Of a stretch of 64,000 nucleotides of DNA, positions 11,791 to 22,974 are shown piece after piece. This DNA comes from Escherichia coli. Lineage in GTDB: Bacteria > Pseudomonadota > Gammaproteobacteria > Enterobacterales > Enterobacteriaceae. The DNA is taken from NCBI RefSeq assembly GCF_003018255.1, contig NZ_CP027440.1, one strand, 5' to 3'. Position 1 is the first letter of the stretch. Every line of letters begins with the position of its first letter. The notes under the pieces were generated by a model that did no database searches, had not been told where the DNA came from, and saw nothing but the letters and a program-made list of their open reading frames with translations. The position numbers were made by a program, and so were the translations under genes.

Positions 11791-13737
11791 ATGAATATTT
11801 TAGGTTTTTTCCAGCGACTAGGTAGGGCGTTACAGCTCCCTATCGCGGTGCTGCCGGTGGCGGCGCTGTTGCTGCGATTCGGTCAGCCAGATTTACTTAA
11901 CGTTGCGTTTATTGCCCAGGCGGGCGGTGCGATTTTTGATAACCTCGCATTAATCTTCGCCATCGGCGTGGCATCCAGCTGGTCGAAAGACAGCGCAGGT
12001 GCGGCGGCACTGGCGGGTGCGGTAGGTTACTTTGTGTTAACCAAAGCGATGGTGACCATCAACCCAGAAATTAACATGGGTGTACTGGCGGGTATCATTA
12101 CCGGTCTGGTCGGTGGTGCAGCCTATAACCGTTGGTCCGATATTAAACTGCCGGACTTCCTGAGCTTCTTCGGCGGCAAACGCTTTGTGCCGATTGCCAC
12201 CGGCTTCTTCTGCCTGGTGCTGGCGGCCATTTTTGGTTACGTCTGGCCGCCGGTACAGCACGCTATCCATGCAGGCGGCGAGTGGATCGTTTCTGCGGGC
12301 GCGCTGGGTTCCGGTATCTTTGGTTTCATCAACCGTCTGCTGATCCCAACCGGTCTGCATCAGGTACTGAACACCATCGCCTGGTTCCAGATTGGTGAAT
12401 TCACCAACGCGGCGGGTACGGTTTTCCACGGCGACATTAACCGCTTCTATGCCGGTGACGGCACCGCGGGGATGTTCATGTCCGGCTTCTTCCCGATCAT
12501 GATGTTCGGTCTGCCGGGTGCGGCGCTGGCGATGTACTTTGCAGCACCGAAAGAGCGTCGTCCGATGGTTGGCGGTATGCTGCTTTCTGTTGCTGTTACT
12601 GCGTTCCTGACCGGTGTGACTGAGCCGCTGGAATTCCTGTTCATGTTCCTTGCGCCGCTGCTGTACCTCCTGCACGCACTGCTGACCGGTATCAGCCTGT
12701 TTGTGGCAACGCTGCTGGGTATCCACGCGGGCTTCTCCTTCTCTGCGGGGGCTATCGACTACGCGTTGATGTATAACCTGCCGGCCGCCAGCCAGAACGT
12801 CTGGATGCTGCTGGTGATGGGTGTTGTCTTCTTCGCTATCTACTTCGTGGTGTTCAGTTTGGTTATCCGCATGTTCAACCTGAAAACGCCGGGCCGTGAA
12901 GATAAAGAAGACGAGATCGTTACTGAAGAAGCCAACAGCAACACGGAAGAAGGTCTCAATCAACTGGCAACCAACTATATTGCTGCGGTTGGCGGTACTG
13001 ACAACCTGAAAGCCATTGACGCCTGTATTACTCGTCTGCGCCTTACCGTGGTTGACTCAGCTCGCGTCAACGATGTGATGTGTAAACGTCTGGGGGCTTC
13101 TGGGGTAGTAAAACTGAACAAACAGACTATTCAGGTGATTGTGGGCGCGAAAGCAGAATCCATCGGCGATGCGATGAAGAAAGTCGTTGCCCGTGGTCCG
13201 GTAGCCGCTGCGTCAGCTGAAACTGCGCCTGCAACTGCCGCGCCTGTAGCAAAACCGCAGGCTGTACCAAACGCGGTGTCTATCGCGGAGCTGGTATCGC
13301 CGATTACCGGTGATGTTGTGGCACTGGATCAGGTTCCTGACGAAGCATTCGCCAGCAAAGCGGTGGGTGACGGTGTGGCGGTGAAACCGACAGATAAAAT
13401 CGTCGTATCACCAGCCGCAGGGACAATCGTGAAAATCTTCAACACCAACCACGCGTTCTGTCTGGAAACCGAAAAAGGCGCGGAGATCGTCGTCCATATG
13501 GGTATCGACACCGTAGCGCTGGAAGGTAAAGGCTTTAAACGTCTGGTGGAAGAGGGCGCGCAGGTAAGCGCAGGACAACCGATTCTGGAAATGGATCTGG
13601 ATTACCTGAACGCTAACGCCCGCTCGATGATTAGCCCGGTGGTTTGCAGCAATATCGACGATTTCAGCGGCCTGATCATTAAAGCTCAGGGCCATGTTGT
13701 GGCGGGTCAAACACCGCTGTATGAAATCAAAAAGTAA
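11791..13737 (+). CDS. nagE: PTS N-acetylglucosamine-specific EIICBA component
   Basis: 648-aa ORF, hydrophobic N-terminal EIIC region, then EIIB and EIIA (glucose-family) domains. Confidence 0.95.
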   Translation: MNILGFFQRLGRALQLPIAVLPVAALLLRFGQPDLLNVAFIAQAGGAIFDNLALIFAIGVASSWSKDSAGAAALAGAVGYFVLTKAMVTINPEINMGVLAGIITGLVGGAAYNRWSDIKLPDFLSFFGGKRFVPIATGFFCLVLAAIFGYVWPPVQHAIHAGGEWIVSAGALGSGIFGFINRLLIPTGLHQVLNTIAWFQIGEFTNAAGTVFHGDINRFYAGDGTAGMFMSGFFPIMMFGLPGAALAMYFAAPKERRPMVGGMLLSVAVTAFLTGVTEPLEFLFMFLAPLLYLLHALLTGISLFVATLLGIHAGFSFSAGAIDYALMYNLPAASQNVWMLLVMGVVFFAIYFVVFSLVIRMFNLKTPGREDKEDEIVTEEANSNTEEGLNQLATNYIAAVGGTDNLKAIDACITRLRLTVVDSARVNDVMCKRLGASGVVKLNKQTIQVIVGAKAESIGDAMKKVVARGPVAAASAETAPATAAPVAKPQAVPNAVSIAELVSPITGDVVALDQVPDEAFASKAVGDGVAVKPTDKIVVSPAAGTIVKIFNTNHAFCLETEKGAEIVVHMGIDTVALEGKGFKRLVEEGAQVSAGQPILEMDLDYLNANARSMISPVVCSNIDDFSGLIIKAQGHVVAGQTPLYEIKK

Positions 13738-13747
13738 TCTGCTTTAT

Positions 13748-13776
13748 GCCTGATGCGACGCTTGAGCGTCGCATCC
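13748..13776. repeat. REP-derived hairpin downstream of nagE
   Basis: gcctGATGCGACGCttgaGCGTCGCATC, a 10-bp stem whose left half matches the REP consensus start; a weak T-run follows near 13803..13811. Confidence 0.4.
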
Positions 13777-13939
13777 AACAATGACAAGCGGTGGAGATCT
13801 TCTCTGCCGCTTTTTTTTTCATCAATCATCCCCATAATCTCAGTGAGATTTTCGATTTTCACTAACTAACAGTTGTCAGCCTGTCCCGCTTATAAGATCA
13901 TACGCCGTTATACGTTGTTTACGCTTTGAGGAATCCACG

Positions 13940-15604
13940 ATGAGTGAGGCAGAAGCCCGCCCGACTAACTTTATTCGTCAGATCATCGATGAAGATCTGG
14001 CCAGTGGTAAGCACACCACAGTACACACCCGTTTCCCGCCGGAGCCGAATGGCTATCTGCATATTGGCCATGCGAAATCTATCTGCCTGAACTTCGGGAT
14101 CGCCCAGGACTATAAAGGCCAGTGCAACCTGCGTTTCGACGACACTAACCCGGTAAAAGAAGATATCGAGTATGTTGAGTCGATCAAAAACGACGTTGAG
14201 TGGTTAGGTTTTCACTGGTCTGGTAACGTCCGTTACTCCTCCGATTATTTTGATCAGCTCCACGCCTATGCGATCGAACTGATCAATAAAGGCCTGGCGT
14301 ACGTTGATGAACTGACACCGGAACAGATCCGCGAATACCGCGGCACCCTGACGCAGCCGGGTAAAAACAGCCCGTACCGCGACCGCAGCGTTGAAGAGAA
14401 CCTGGCGCTGTTCGAAAAAATGCGTACCGGTAGTTTTGAAGAAGGTAAAGCCTGCCTGCGTGCGAAAATCGACATGGCGTCGCCATTTATCGTAATGCGC
14501 GATCCGGTGCTGTACCGCATTAAATTTGCTGAACACCACCAGACTGGCAACAAGTGGTGCATCTACCCGATGTACGACTTCACCCACTGCATCAGCGATG
14601 CGCTGGAAGGTATTACGCACTCTCTGTGTACGCTTGAGTTCCAGGACAACCGCCGTCTGTACGACTGGGTACTGGACAACATCACCATTCCTGTTCACCC
14701 GCGCCAGTACGAATTCTCGCGCCTGAATCTGGAATACACTGTGATGTCCAAGCGTAAGCTGAACCTGCTGGTGACCGATAAGCACGTTGAAGGCTGGGAT
14801 GACCCGCGTATGCCGACCATTTCTGGTCTGCGTCGTCGTGGTTACACTGCGGCTTCTATTCGTGAGTTCTGCAAACGCATTGGTGTGACCAAGCAGGACA
14901 ACACCATTGAGATGGCGTCACTGGAATCCTGCATCCGTGAAGATCTCAACGAAAATGCCCCGCGCGCAATGGCGGTTATCGATCCGGTGAAACTGGTTAT
15001 CGAAAACTACCAGGGCGAAGGCGAAATGGTCACCATGCCGAACCATCCGAACAAACCGGAAATGGGTAGCCGTCAGGTGCCGTTTAGCTGTGAGATTTGG
15101 ATCGATCGCGCCGATTTCCGCGAAGAAGCTAACAAGCAGTACAAACGTCTGGTGTTGGGTAAAGAAGTGCGTCTGCGTAATGCTTACGTGATTAAGGCAG
15201 AACGCGTCGAGAAAGATGCCGAAGGTAATATCACCACCATCTTCTGTACTTATGACGCCGACACCTTAAGCAAAGATCCGGCAGATGGTCGTAAAGTGAA
15301 AGGTGTTATTCACTGGGTGAGCGCGGCACATGCGCTGCCGGTTGAAATCCGTTTGTATGACCGTCTGTTCAGCGTGCCTAACCCAGGTGCTGCGGATGAT
15401 TTCCTGTCGGTGATTAACCCGGAATCGCTGGTGATCAAACAGGGTTTCGCTGAACCGTCGCTGAAAGACGCGGTAGCGGGTAAAGCATTCCAGTTTGAGC
15501 GTGAAGGTTATTTCTGCCTCGACAGCCGCCATTCCACTGCCGAAAAACCGGTATTTAACCGCACCGTAGGGCTGCGTGATACCTGGGCGAAAGTAGGCGA
15601 GTAG
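13940..15604 (+). CDS. glnS: Glutaminyl-tRNA synthetase
   Basis: 554-aa [50 protein letters not shown] (HIGH motif). Confidence 0.96.
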   Translation: MSEAEARPTNFIRQIIDEDLASGKHTTVHTRFPPEPNGYLHIGHAKSICLNFGIAQDYKGQCNLRFDDTNPVKEDIEYVESIKNDVEWLGFHWSGNVRYSSDYFDQLHAYAIELINKGLAYVDELTPEQIREYRGTLTQPGKNSPYRDRSVEENLALFEKMRTGSFEEGKACLRAKIDMASPFIVMRDPVLYRIKFAEHHQTGNKWCIYPMYDFTHCISDALEGITHSLCTLEFQDNRRLYDWVLDNITIPVHPRQYEFSRLNLEYTVMSKRKLNLLVTDKHVEGWDDPRMPTISGLRRRGYTAASIREFCKRIGVTKQDNTIEMASLESCIREDLNENAPRAMAVIDPVKLVIENYQGEGEMVTMPNHPNKPEMGSRQVPFSCEIWIDRADFREEANKQYKRLVLGKEVRLRNAYVIKAERVEKDAEGNITTIFCTYDADTLSKDPADGRKVKGVIHWVSAAHALPVEIRLYDRLFSVPNPGAADDFLSVINPESLVIKQGFAEPSLKDAVAGKAFQFEREGYFCLDSRHSTAEKPVFNRTVGLRDTWAKVGE

Positions 15605-15672
15605 TTTTAAGTTCTACCAGGCCGGGTGAGGCATTTACGCCACATCCGGCAAGAAATATGCAAACAATCCCA

Positions 15673-15700
15673 AACGCCGCGCTCTGCGGCGTTTTTTTTC
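15673..15700 (+). terminator. glnS rho-independent terminator
   Basis: CGCCGC-gctct-GCGGCG hairpin followed by T8. Confidence 0.65.
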
Positions 15701-16053
15701 TGCTTTTCTTCGCGAATTAATTCCGCTTCGCAATTTATCCATAAAACAAATTTAAAATCACAAACCATAATTAAATAAAATGTAACCGTTTTCATCTTAC
15801 TGGAAATTCACGCTTTTATTCTTCTGCAAGCCTTTCAACTGCAAACTTAAGCCTTGTAACAAAAATCATCAAAATATGTGCGGTTGCTCATGTTCTTACA
15901 TTCTGGTTACAGAAAGAGATTGATAATTCGCGTCGCGAAAAATAGTCTGTTCCTGTAGTCAGCGAGACTTTTCTCAACGCTACTTTTTTAATTTTTATTT
16001 TTTTCGCTGTTCACCTTTGGTGCAGCAATTTATACGTCAAAGAGGATTAACCC

Positions 16054-17460
16054 ATGCGTACGTTTAGTGGCAAACGTAGTACGCTGGCGCTGGCTATCGC
16101 CGGTGTTACAGCAATGTCGGGCTTTATGGCAATGCCGGAGGCTCGCGCCGAAGGATTCATCGACGATTCAACCTTAACCGGCGGTATCTATTACTGGCAG
16201 CGTGAACGCGACCGTAAAGATGTTACCGACGGCGACAAATACAAAACCAACCTTTCTCACTCCACCTGGAATGCCAACCTCGATTTTCAGTCCGGTTATG
16301 CTGCTGATATGTTCGGCCTTGATATTGCTGCGTTTACGGCGATTGAAATGGCGGAAAACGGTGACAGCTCTCACCCGAACGAAATCGCGTTTTCAAAAAG
16401 CAATAAAGCCTATGACGAAGACTGGTCCGGCGACAAAAGCGGTATAAGCCTGTATAAAGCAGCGGCCAAATTTAAATACGGTCCGGTGTGGGCGAGGGCA
16501 GGTTACATTCAGCCAACTGGTCAGACGCTGTTAGCGCCGCACTGGAGCTTTATGCCGGGTACTTATCAGGGGGCGGAAGCCGGGGCGAATTTTGATTACG
16601 GCGATGCTGGTGCGTTGAGTTTCTCCTACATGTGGACCAACGAATACAAAGCACCGTGGCATCTCGAAATGGATGAGTTTTATCAGAACGATAAAACTAC
16701 CAAAGTTGATTATCTGCACTCCATCGGTGCGAAGTACGACTTCAAAAATAACTTTGTACTGGAAGCGGCATTTGGTCAGGCGGAAGGGTATATAGATCAA
16801 TATTTTGCCAAAGCCAGCTACAAATTTGATATCGCCGGTAGCCCGTTAACCACCAGCTACCAGTTCTACGGTACGCGCGATAAAGTTGACGATCGCAGCG
16901 TCAACGACATTTACGACGGCACTGCCTGGCTGCAAGCGTTGACCTTTGGTTACCGGGCGGCTGATGTAGTGGATTTGCGTCTGGAAGGCACCTGGGTTAA
17001 AGCCGACGGTCAGCAGGGATACTTCCTGCAACGTATGACTCCAACCTACGCTTCCTCGAACGGTCGCCTGGATATCTGGTGGGATAACCGTTCTGACTTC
17101 AACGCCAACGGCGAAAAAGCGGTCTTCTTCGGTGCGATGTATGACCTGAAAAACTGGAATCTTCCAGGCTTCGCCATCGGCGCTTCCTACGTTTACGCAT
17201 GGGATGCTAAACCTGCGACCTGGCAGAGCAATCCGGATGCGTACTACGACAAAAACCGGACTATTGAAGAGTCTGCCTACAGCCTGGATGCGGTGTACAC
17301 CATTCAGGACGGTCGCGCCAAAGGCACGATGTTCAAACTGCACTTCACCGAATACGACAACCACTCCGACATCCCAAGCTGGGGCGGCGGTTACGGTAAC
17401 ATCTTCCAGGATGAGCGCGACGTGAAATTTATGGTAATCGCACCATTCACCATCTTCTGA
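16054..17460 (+). CDS. chiP: Chitoporin (OprD-family outer membrane porin)
   Basis: 468-aa ORF with signal peptide [32 protein letters not shown] and C-terminal aromatic residue. Confidence 0.93.
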   Translation: MRTFSGKRSTLALAIAGVTAMSGFMAMPEARAEGFIDDSTLTGGIYYWQRERDRKDVTDGDKYKTNLSHSTWNANLDFQSGYAADMFGLDIAAFTAIEMAENGDSSHPNEIAFSKSNKAYDEDWSGDKSGISLYKAAAKFKYGPVWARAGYIQPTGQTLLAPHWSFMPGTYQGAEAGANFDYGDAGALSFSYMWTNEYKAPWHLEMDEFYQNDKTTKVDYLHSIGAKYDFKNNFVLEAAFGQAEGYIDQYFAKASYKFDIAGSPLTTSYQFYGTRDKVDDRSVNDIYDGTAWLQALTFGYRAADVVDLRLEGTWVKADGQQGYFLQRMTPTYASSNGRLDIWWDNRSDFNANGEKAVFFGAMYDLKNWNLPGFAIGASYVYAWDAKPATWQSNPDAYYDKNRTIEESAYSLDAVYTIQDGRAKGTMFKLHFTEYDNHSDIPSWGGGYGNIFQDERDVKFMVIAPFTIF

Positions 17461-17509
17461 TGCCCGACGCGGCAGGTTTTGTGCCTGCCGCACATTTGAG
17501 GAATTTGCT

Positions 17510-17836
17510 ATGAAAAAACTGATTCTCATCGCCATGATGGCATCGGGGCTGGTAGCTTGTGCGCAATCAACCGCACCGCAGGAAGACAGTCGTCTGAAAG
17601 AGGCTTACAGCGCCTGTATCAACACCGCGCAAGGTTCGCCGGAAAAAATTGAAGCCTGCCAGAGCGTGTTAAACGTGCTGAAGAAAGAGAAACAACATCA
17701 GCAGTTTGCCGAGCAGGAAAGTGTCCGCGTACTGGATTATCAGCAGTGTATTCAGGCAACGCAAACCGGAAATGATCAGGCGGTGAAAGCCGATTGTGAT
17801 AAGGTCTGGCAGGAAATTCGCAGTAATAACAAATAA
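17510..17836 (+). CDS. chiQ: Lipoprotein ChiQ
   Basis: 108-aa ORF with lipobox LVAC (MKKLILIAMMASGLVACAQ), co-oriented 49 bp after chiP. Confidence 0.88.
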   Translation: MKKLILIAMMASGLVACAQSTAPQEDSRLKEAYSACINTAQGSPEKIEACQSVLNVLKKEKQHQQFAEQESVRVLDYQQCIQATQTGNDQAVKADCDKVWQEIRSNNK

Positions 17837-17876
17837 GTGAGAGCTGTAACTCTCGCTTTTCTTATTTCCCTTGTAT

Positions 17877-17906
17877 AAAAAAGCCAACCTGCAGGTTGGC
17901 TTTTCT
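17877..17906. terminator. Bidirectional terminator between chiQ (+) and fur (-)
   Basis: A6, GCCAACC-tgca-GGTTGGC hairpin, then T4. Confidence 0.7.
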
Positions 17907-17919
17907 CGTTCAGGCTGGC

Positions 17920-18366
17920 TTATTTGCCTTCGTGCGCGTGCTCATCTTCGCGGCAATCGCCTTCGGCACAGTGACCGTAAAGATAGAGACTGTGGTTAGT
18001 CAGGCGAATGCCATGTTTTGCGGCGATTTCACGCTGACGCGCTTCGATGGAATCATCACTAAATTCGATAACCTTGCCGCAGTCGAGGCAGATCAGGTGA
18101 TCGTGGTGATGTTGCTGTGTCAGTTCAAATACGGATTTACCGCCTTCAAAATTGTGGCGGGTGACGATACCAGCATCGTCAAACTGGTTCAGTACGCGAT
18201 ATACCGTAGCCAGACCAATTTCTTCACCCATATCGATCAGACGTTTGTATAAATCTTCCGCACTGACGTGATGGTTGTCCGGCTCCTGAAGAACTTCCAG
18301 GATTTTTAAACGAGGAAGCGTTACTTTCAGGCCAGCTTTCTTTAGGGCGGTATTGTTATCAGTCAT
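17920..18366 (-). CDS. fur: Ferric uptake regulator Fur
   Basis: 148-aa ORF MTDNNTALKKAGLKVTLPRLKILEVLQEPDNHHVSAEDLYKRL...HHHDHLICLDCGKV. Confidence 0.97.
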   Translation of the reverse strand: MTDNNTALKKAGLKVTLPRLKILEVLQEPDNHHVSAEDLYKRLIDMGEEIGLATVYRVLNQFDDAGIVTRHNFEGGKSVFELTQQHHHDHLICLDCGKVIEFSDDSIEARQREIAAKHGIRLTNHSLYLYGHCAEGDCREDEHAHEGK

Positions 18367-18445
18367 GCGGAATCTGTCCTGTTACTAAGCGGTTCACTTC
18401 ATTAGGAGAAGTGACAGAATTTGCTCTTGAGATAATGCGTATCAT
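18359..18445 (-). CDS. uof: fur leader peptide Uof (28 aa), translationally coupled to fur
   Basis: Internal ATG at 18445 of track ORF 18359..18595 gives MIRIISRANSVTSPNEVNRLVTGQIPHD; its stop overlaps the first fur codons by 8 nt. Confidence 0.7.
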   Translation of the reverse strand: MIRIISRANSVTSPNEVNRLVTGQIPHD

Positions 18446-18654
18446 TATAGAATTGCCACGCCTAAATGAAAACCACAAGTCCCTGGCAAATATTGTTAAT
18501 AAAAACGTGGCACAGCTTACATTTACAACGGCAAGGCCACTTGAACACCGGGACATTGTACAGGTACAACAGCAAAAGTTACAAATTTGTAGCAATTATT
18601 TTGATTGGCATTATCTATTAATACGGCGTAGACATGAGTCTACGCCGCATCACA

Positions 18655-19185
18655 TCAGGCATTGAGAATTTCGTCGAGATGCAGCTCTTCAGAAATTTGT
18701 TTAACCCATTTTTCTACACGTTCAGCAGTCAGTTCCGGCTGACGATCTTCGTCGATAGCCAGACCGACAAAGTGGTCATCATCAGCCAGACCTTTTGACG
18801 CTTCGAAGTGGTAGCCCGCGGTTGGCCAGTGACCAACGATAGTTGCGCCGCGCGGTTCAATGATGTCGCGGATGGTGCCTAATGCATCGCAGAAGTATTC
18901 TGCGTAATCTTCCTGGTCGCCACAACCAAACAGCGCAACCAGTTTACCATTGAAATCAATCTCTTCGAGAGTCGGGAAGAAGTCATCCCAGTCACACTGC
19001 GCTTCGCCGTAATACCAGGTTGGGATGCCCAGCAGCAGAATGTCATATGCTTCCAGATCTTCTTTGCTGCTTTTTGCAATGTCATGGACATCGGCAACGT
19101 CTTTACCAAGCTGTTTTTGAATCATTTTTGCGATATTTTCGGTATTACCGGTGTCGCTGCCGAAAAAGATGCCAGTGATAGCCAT
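18655..19185 (-). CDS. fldA: Flavodoxin 1
   Basis: Track ORF 18655..19302 trimmed to the ATG at 19185: [29 protein letters not shown]..., 176 aa. Confidence 0.93.
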
Positions 19186-19324
19186 GAGTGAAATAACCTC
19201 TTGAAACTTATTGAAATGGGGGTGGAAAATTGCCCACGGATAAAGGCAATCATAGCAGAACAGGCAGTCTTGCGGAATCAGCAAACGAGCAGGACTGCAC
19301 ACTGTGCTACATGAAAGTGGAAAT

Positions 19325-19618
19325 TTAAACGATGCCCTGACTACGCAGCGCCGCCAGTTGCTGCATTAACATCTCTTCGATCAGCTCGCTACGGCTCATA
19401 TTGCGCGATTCCGCCAGCTCGTTCAGTGCCTCGACAGCTTCCGCGTTCAGCTTCAGTTCGACACGCTTAAGGCCACGTACTTTGTCGCGTTTTAGTTGGT
19501 TGCGTTTATTAATACGCAGCTGCTCATCGCGCGAAAGCGGATTAGTTTTCGGTCGTCCCGGTCGACGCTCGTGCGCGAACAGATCTAATGTCGTACGGTC
19601 CGTTTGTTCTTTGGCCAT
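19325..19618 (-). CDS. ybfE: Small ribbon-helix-helix-like protein YbfE
   Basis: Track ORF 19325..19687 trimmed to the ATG at 19618: [33 protein letters not shown]..., 97 aa. Confidence 0.75.
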   Translation of the reverse strand: MAKEQTDRTTLDLFAHERRPGRPKTNPLSRDEQLRINKRNQLKRDKVRGLKRVELKLNAEAVEALNELAESRNMSRSELIEEMLMQQLAALRSQGIV

Positions 19619-19757
19619 GATCTTGGTGACTTCGGGGGAAACAATCAGCCAGGCGCCTGCCCGGATGGATAGCGCGCCATAATACATCAGCGCGATGAGT
19701 CACGCCAACGTCCACGCGCGGAAAGCGACGCGGACGCTGGGTTTTTAATCAGTTGCG

Positions 19758-20522
19758 TTAATCATTGAGATAGCGACGGATAGCGCGTAATACCGCATCC
19801 GGTTTTTCAGCATGGACCCAGTGACCCGCGCCTGCAATCACATGCGCCCGAGCCTGTGGAAATTGTGCCAGTAAATCATCACGGTACTGCTCGCTAACAT
19901 ACGGAGAATTGCCGCCAGGGATAAACAGGGTAGGATGATCCCATGCCGGGATTTTCTCCCAACCCACAATATGCGGATACTGATCCCACAATACTGGCAC
20001 GTTAAAGCGCCACTCCCCGTCAACAAAAGATTTCAACAGAAACTGAATCACCCCTTCTTCATTAAGATGCTGGCGCATTATTGCCGCTGCTTGCTGGCGT
20101 GTTTGTGCGTCTGATTCACTGACTGCGTTGATGGCCGCGAAAATCTCATCATGACGGCGAACGTGATAATCGACCGGCGCAATATCAATCGCCACCAGCT
20201 TGTCAATGCGATCGGGGGCTAGTGCAGTAAGAGCCATTACCGCTTTACCGCCCATGGAGTGACCGATAAATGTTGCTTTGTCGATCTGCTGTGCATCCAG
20301 GGTATCAACAAGATCCTGCGCCATCGCCGGGTAATTCATTACCGGATCTCTCGGTGAAAGACCGTGGTTACGCATATCAACCTGGATGATATTGTGATCG
20401 TTTACCAGATCGCGAGCCAGTACGCCAAGGTTGTCGAGGCTGCCAAACAGACCATGGACAAGAACGATGGGAGAATTATTGTGCTGGTTTTGTGCAGTTT
20501 GCGCGCGGATATTCAATTTCAT
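19758..20522 (-). CDS. ybfF: Alpha/beta-hydrolase esterase YbfF
   Basis: 254-aa ORF with the GHSMGG nucleophile elbow. Confidence 0.92.
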   Translation of the reverse strand: MKLNIRAQTAQNQHNNSPIVLVHGLFGSLDNLGVLARDLVNDHNIIQVDMRNHGLSPRDPVMNYPAMAQDLVDTLDAQQIDKATFIGHSMGGKAVMALTALAPDRIDKLVAIDIAPVDYHVRRHDEIFAAINAVSESDAQTRQQAAAIMRQHLNEEGVIQFLLKSFVDGEWRFNVPVLWDQYPHIVGWEKIPAWDHPTLFIPGGNSPYVSEQYRDDLLAQFPQARAHVIAGAGHWVHAEKPDAVLRAIRRYLND

Positions 20523-20706
20523 GGCAAAGTTCTTTTTTTCGCGTTGTCGGGTTAGGGTATTATGTTGACCATTGTGCCACAGGGCTGCAACAAATAAGGT
20601 TTATTCCGAGTTTTTCTGCAAGCCAGGCTTGACGCTATCCGCTGCCGGGATTTATTCATATACTCCTGGCGACTTGTATTCAGCTAAGACACTGCACTGG
20701 ATTAAG

Positions 20707-21252
20707 ATGAAAACGATTGAAGTTGATGATGAACTCTACAGCTATATTGCCAGCCACACTAAGCATATCGGCGAGAGCGCATCCGACATTTTACGGCGTA
20801 TGTTGAAATTTTCCGCCGCATCACAGCCTGCTGCTCCGGTGACGAAAGAGGTTCGCGTTGCGTCACCTGCTATCGTCGAAGCGAAGCCGGTCAAAACGAT
20901 TAAAGACAAGGTTCGCGCAATGCGTGAACTTCTGCTTTCGGACGAATACGCAGAGCAAAAGCGAGCGGTCAATCGCTTTATGCTGCTGTTGTCTACACTA
21001 TATTCTCTTGACGCCCAGGCGTTTGCCGAAGCAACGGAATCGTTGCACGGTCGTACACGCGTTTACTTTGCGGCAGATGAACAAACGCTGCTGAAAAATG
21101 GTAATCAGACCAAGCCGAAACATGTGCCTGGTACGCCGTATTGGGTGATCACCAACACCAACACCGGCCGTAAATGCAGCATGATCGAACACATCATGCA
21201 GTCGATGCAATTCCCGGCGGAATTGATTGAGAAGGTTTGCGGAACTATCTAA
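20707..21252 (+). CDS. seqA: Replication initiation negative regulator SeqA
   Basis: Track ORF 20572..21252 trimmed to the ATG at 20707: [35 protein letters not shown], 181 aa. Confidence 0.93.
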
Positions 21253-21277
21253 AACGTTGCAGACAAAGGACAAAGCA

Positions 21278-22918
21278 ATGGCAATCCACAATCGTGCAGG
21301 CCAACCTGCACAACAGAGTGATTTGATTAACGTCGCCCAACTGACGGCGCAATATTATGTACTGAAACCAGAAGCAGGGAATGCGGAGCACGCGGTGAAA
21401 TTCGGTACTTCCGGTCACCGTGGCAGTGCAGCGCGCCACAGCTTTAACGAGCCGCACATTCTGGCGATCGCTCAGGCAATTGCTGAAGAACGTGCGAAAA
21501 ACGGCATCACTGGCCCTTGCTATGTGGGTAAAGATACTCACGCCCTGTCCGAGCCTGCGTTCATTTCCGTACTGGAAGTGCTGGCAGCGAACGGCGTTGA
21601 TGTCATTGTGCAGGAAAACAATGGCTTCACTCCGACACCTGCCATTTCCAATGCCATTCTGGTTCACAATAAAAAAGGTGGCCCACTGGCAGACGGTATC
21701 GTGATTACACCGTCCCATAACCCGCCGGAAGATGGTGGTATCAAGTACAATCCGCCAAATGGTGGCCCGGCTGATACCAACGTCACTAAAGTGGTGGAAG
21801 ACAGAGCCAACGCACTGCTGGCTGATGGCCTGAAAGGCGTGAAGCGTATCTCCCTCGACGAAGCGATGGCATCCGGTCATGTGAAAGAGCAGGATCTGGT
21901 GCAGCCGTTTGTGGAAGGGCTGGCCGATATCGTTGATATGGCGGCGATTCAGAAAGCGGGCCTGACGCTGGGCGTTGATCCGCTGGGTGGTTCCGGTATC
22001 GAATACTGGAAGCGCATTGGCGAGTATTACAACCTCAACCTGACCATCGTTAACGATCAGGTCGATCAAACCTTCCGCTTTATGCACCTCGATAAAGACG
22101 GTGCGATCCGTATGGACTGCTCCTCCGAGTGTGCGATGGCGGGCCTGCTGGCACTGCGTGATAAGTTCGATCTGGCGTTTGCTAACGACCCGGATTATGA
22201 CCGTCACGGTATCGTCACTCCGGCAGGTTTGATGAATCCGAACCACTACCTGGCGGTGGCGATCAACTACCTGTTCCAGCATCGTCCGCAGTGGGGCAAA
22301 GATGTTGCTGTCGGTAAAACGCTGGTTTCATCTGCGATGATCGACCGTGTGGTCAATGATTTGGGCCGTAAGCTGGTAGAAGTACCGGTAGGTTTCAAAT
22401 GGTTTGTTGATGGTTTGTTCGATGGCAGCTTCGGCTTTGGCGGCGAAGAGAGTGCAGGCGCTTCCTTCCTGCGTTTCGACGGCACGCCGTGGTCCACCGA
22501 TAAAGACGGTATCATTATGTGTCTGCTGGCGGCGGAAATCACCGCTGTCACCGGTAAGAACCCGCAGGAACACTATAACGAACTGGCAAAACGCTTTGGT
22601 GCGCCGAGCTATAACCGTTTGCAGGCAGCAGCGACTTCCGCACAAAAAGCGGCGTTGTCTAAGCTGTCTCCGGAAATGGTGAGCGCCAGCACCCTGGCAG
22701 GTGACCCGATCACCGCGCGTCTGACGGCGGCACCGGGTAATGGCGCTTCTATCGGCGGTCTGAAAGTGATGACTGACAACGGCTGGTTCGCCGCGCGTCC
22801 GTCAGGCACGGAAGACGCATATAAGATCTACTGCGAAAGCTTCCTTGGTGAAGAACATCGCAAGCAGATTGAGAAAGAAGCGGTTGAGATTGTTAGCGAA
22901 GTTCTGAAAAACGCGTAA
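21278..22918 (+). CDS. pgm: Phosphoglucomutase
   Basis: Track ORF 21227..22918 trimmed to the ATG at 21278: [27 protein letters not shown]...; TPSHNP active-site motif present. Confidence 0.93.
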   Translation: MAIHNRAGQPAQQSDLINVAQLTAQYYVLKPEAGNAEHAVKFGTSGHRGSAARHSFNEPHILAIAQAIAEERAKNGITGPCYVGKDTHALSEPAFISVLEVLAANGVDVIVQENNGFTPTPAISNAILVHNKKGGPLADGIVITPSHNPPEDGGIKYNPPNGGPADTNVTKVVEDRANALLADGLKGVKRISLDEAMASGHVKEQDLVQPFVEGLADIVDMAAIQKAGLTLGVDPLGGSGIEYWKRIGEYYNLNLTIVNDQVDQTFRFMHLDKDGAIRMDCSSECAMAGLLALRDKFDLAFANDPDYDRHGIVTPAGLMNPNHYLAVAINYLFQHRPQWGKDVAVGKTLVSSAMIDRVVNDLGRKLVEVPVGFKWFVDGLFDGSFGFGGEESAGASFLRFDGTPWSTDKDGIIMCLLAAEITAVTGKNPQEHYNELAKRFGAPSYNRLQAAATSAQKAALSKLSPEMVSASTLAGDPITARLTAAPGNGASIGGLKVMTDNGWFAARPSGTEDAYKIYCESFLGEEHRKQIEKEAVEIVSEVLKNA

Positions 22919-22931
22919 ACATATCAAATAA

Positions 22932-22965
22932 GAAAAAGGGCGGTCGGAAGATCGCCCTTTTTTGC
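22932..22965. terminator. Bidirectional terminator between pgm (+) and potE (-)
   Basis: A5, GGGCG-gtcggaagat-CGCCC hairpin, then T7; it is the only element in the 56-bp pgm-potE spacer. Confidence 0.7.
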
Positions 22966-22974
22966 TTTGCTTAA

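Noticed and set aside
12037-12963. 308-aa minus-strand ORF inside nagE
   Set aside because: Antisense to a clearly coding transporter gene; the product is a low-complexity Arg/His/Gln-rich string typical of the reverse frame of a GC-rich gene.
21245-22282. 345-aa minus-strand ORF antisense to pgm
   Set aside because: Fully embedded antisense to phosphoglucomutase; no independent support.
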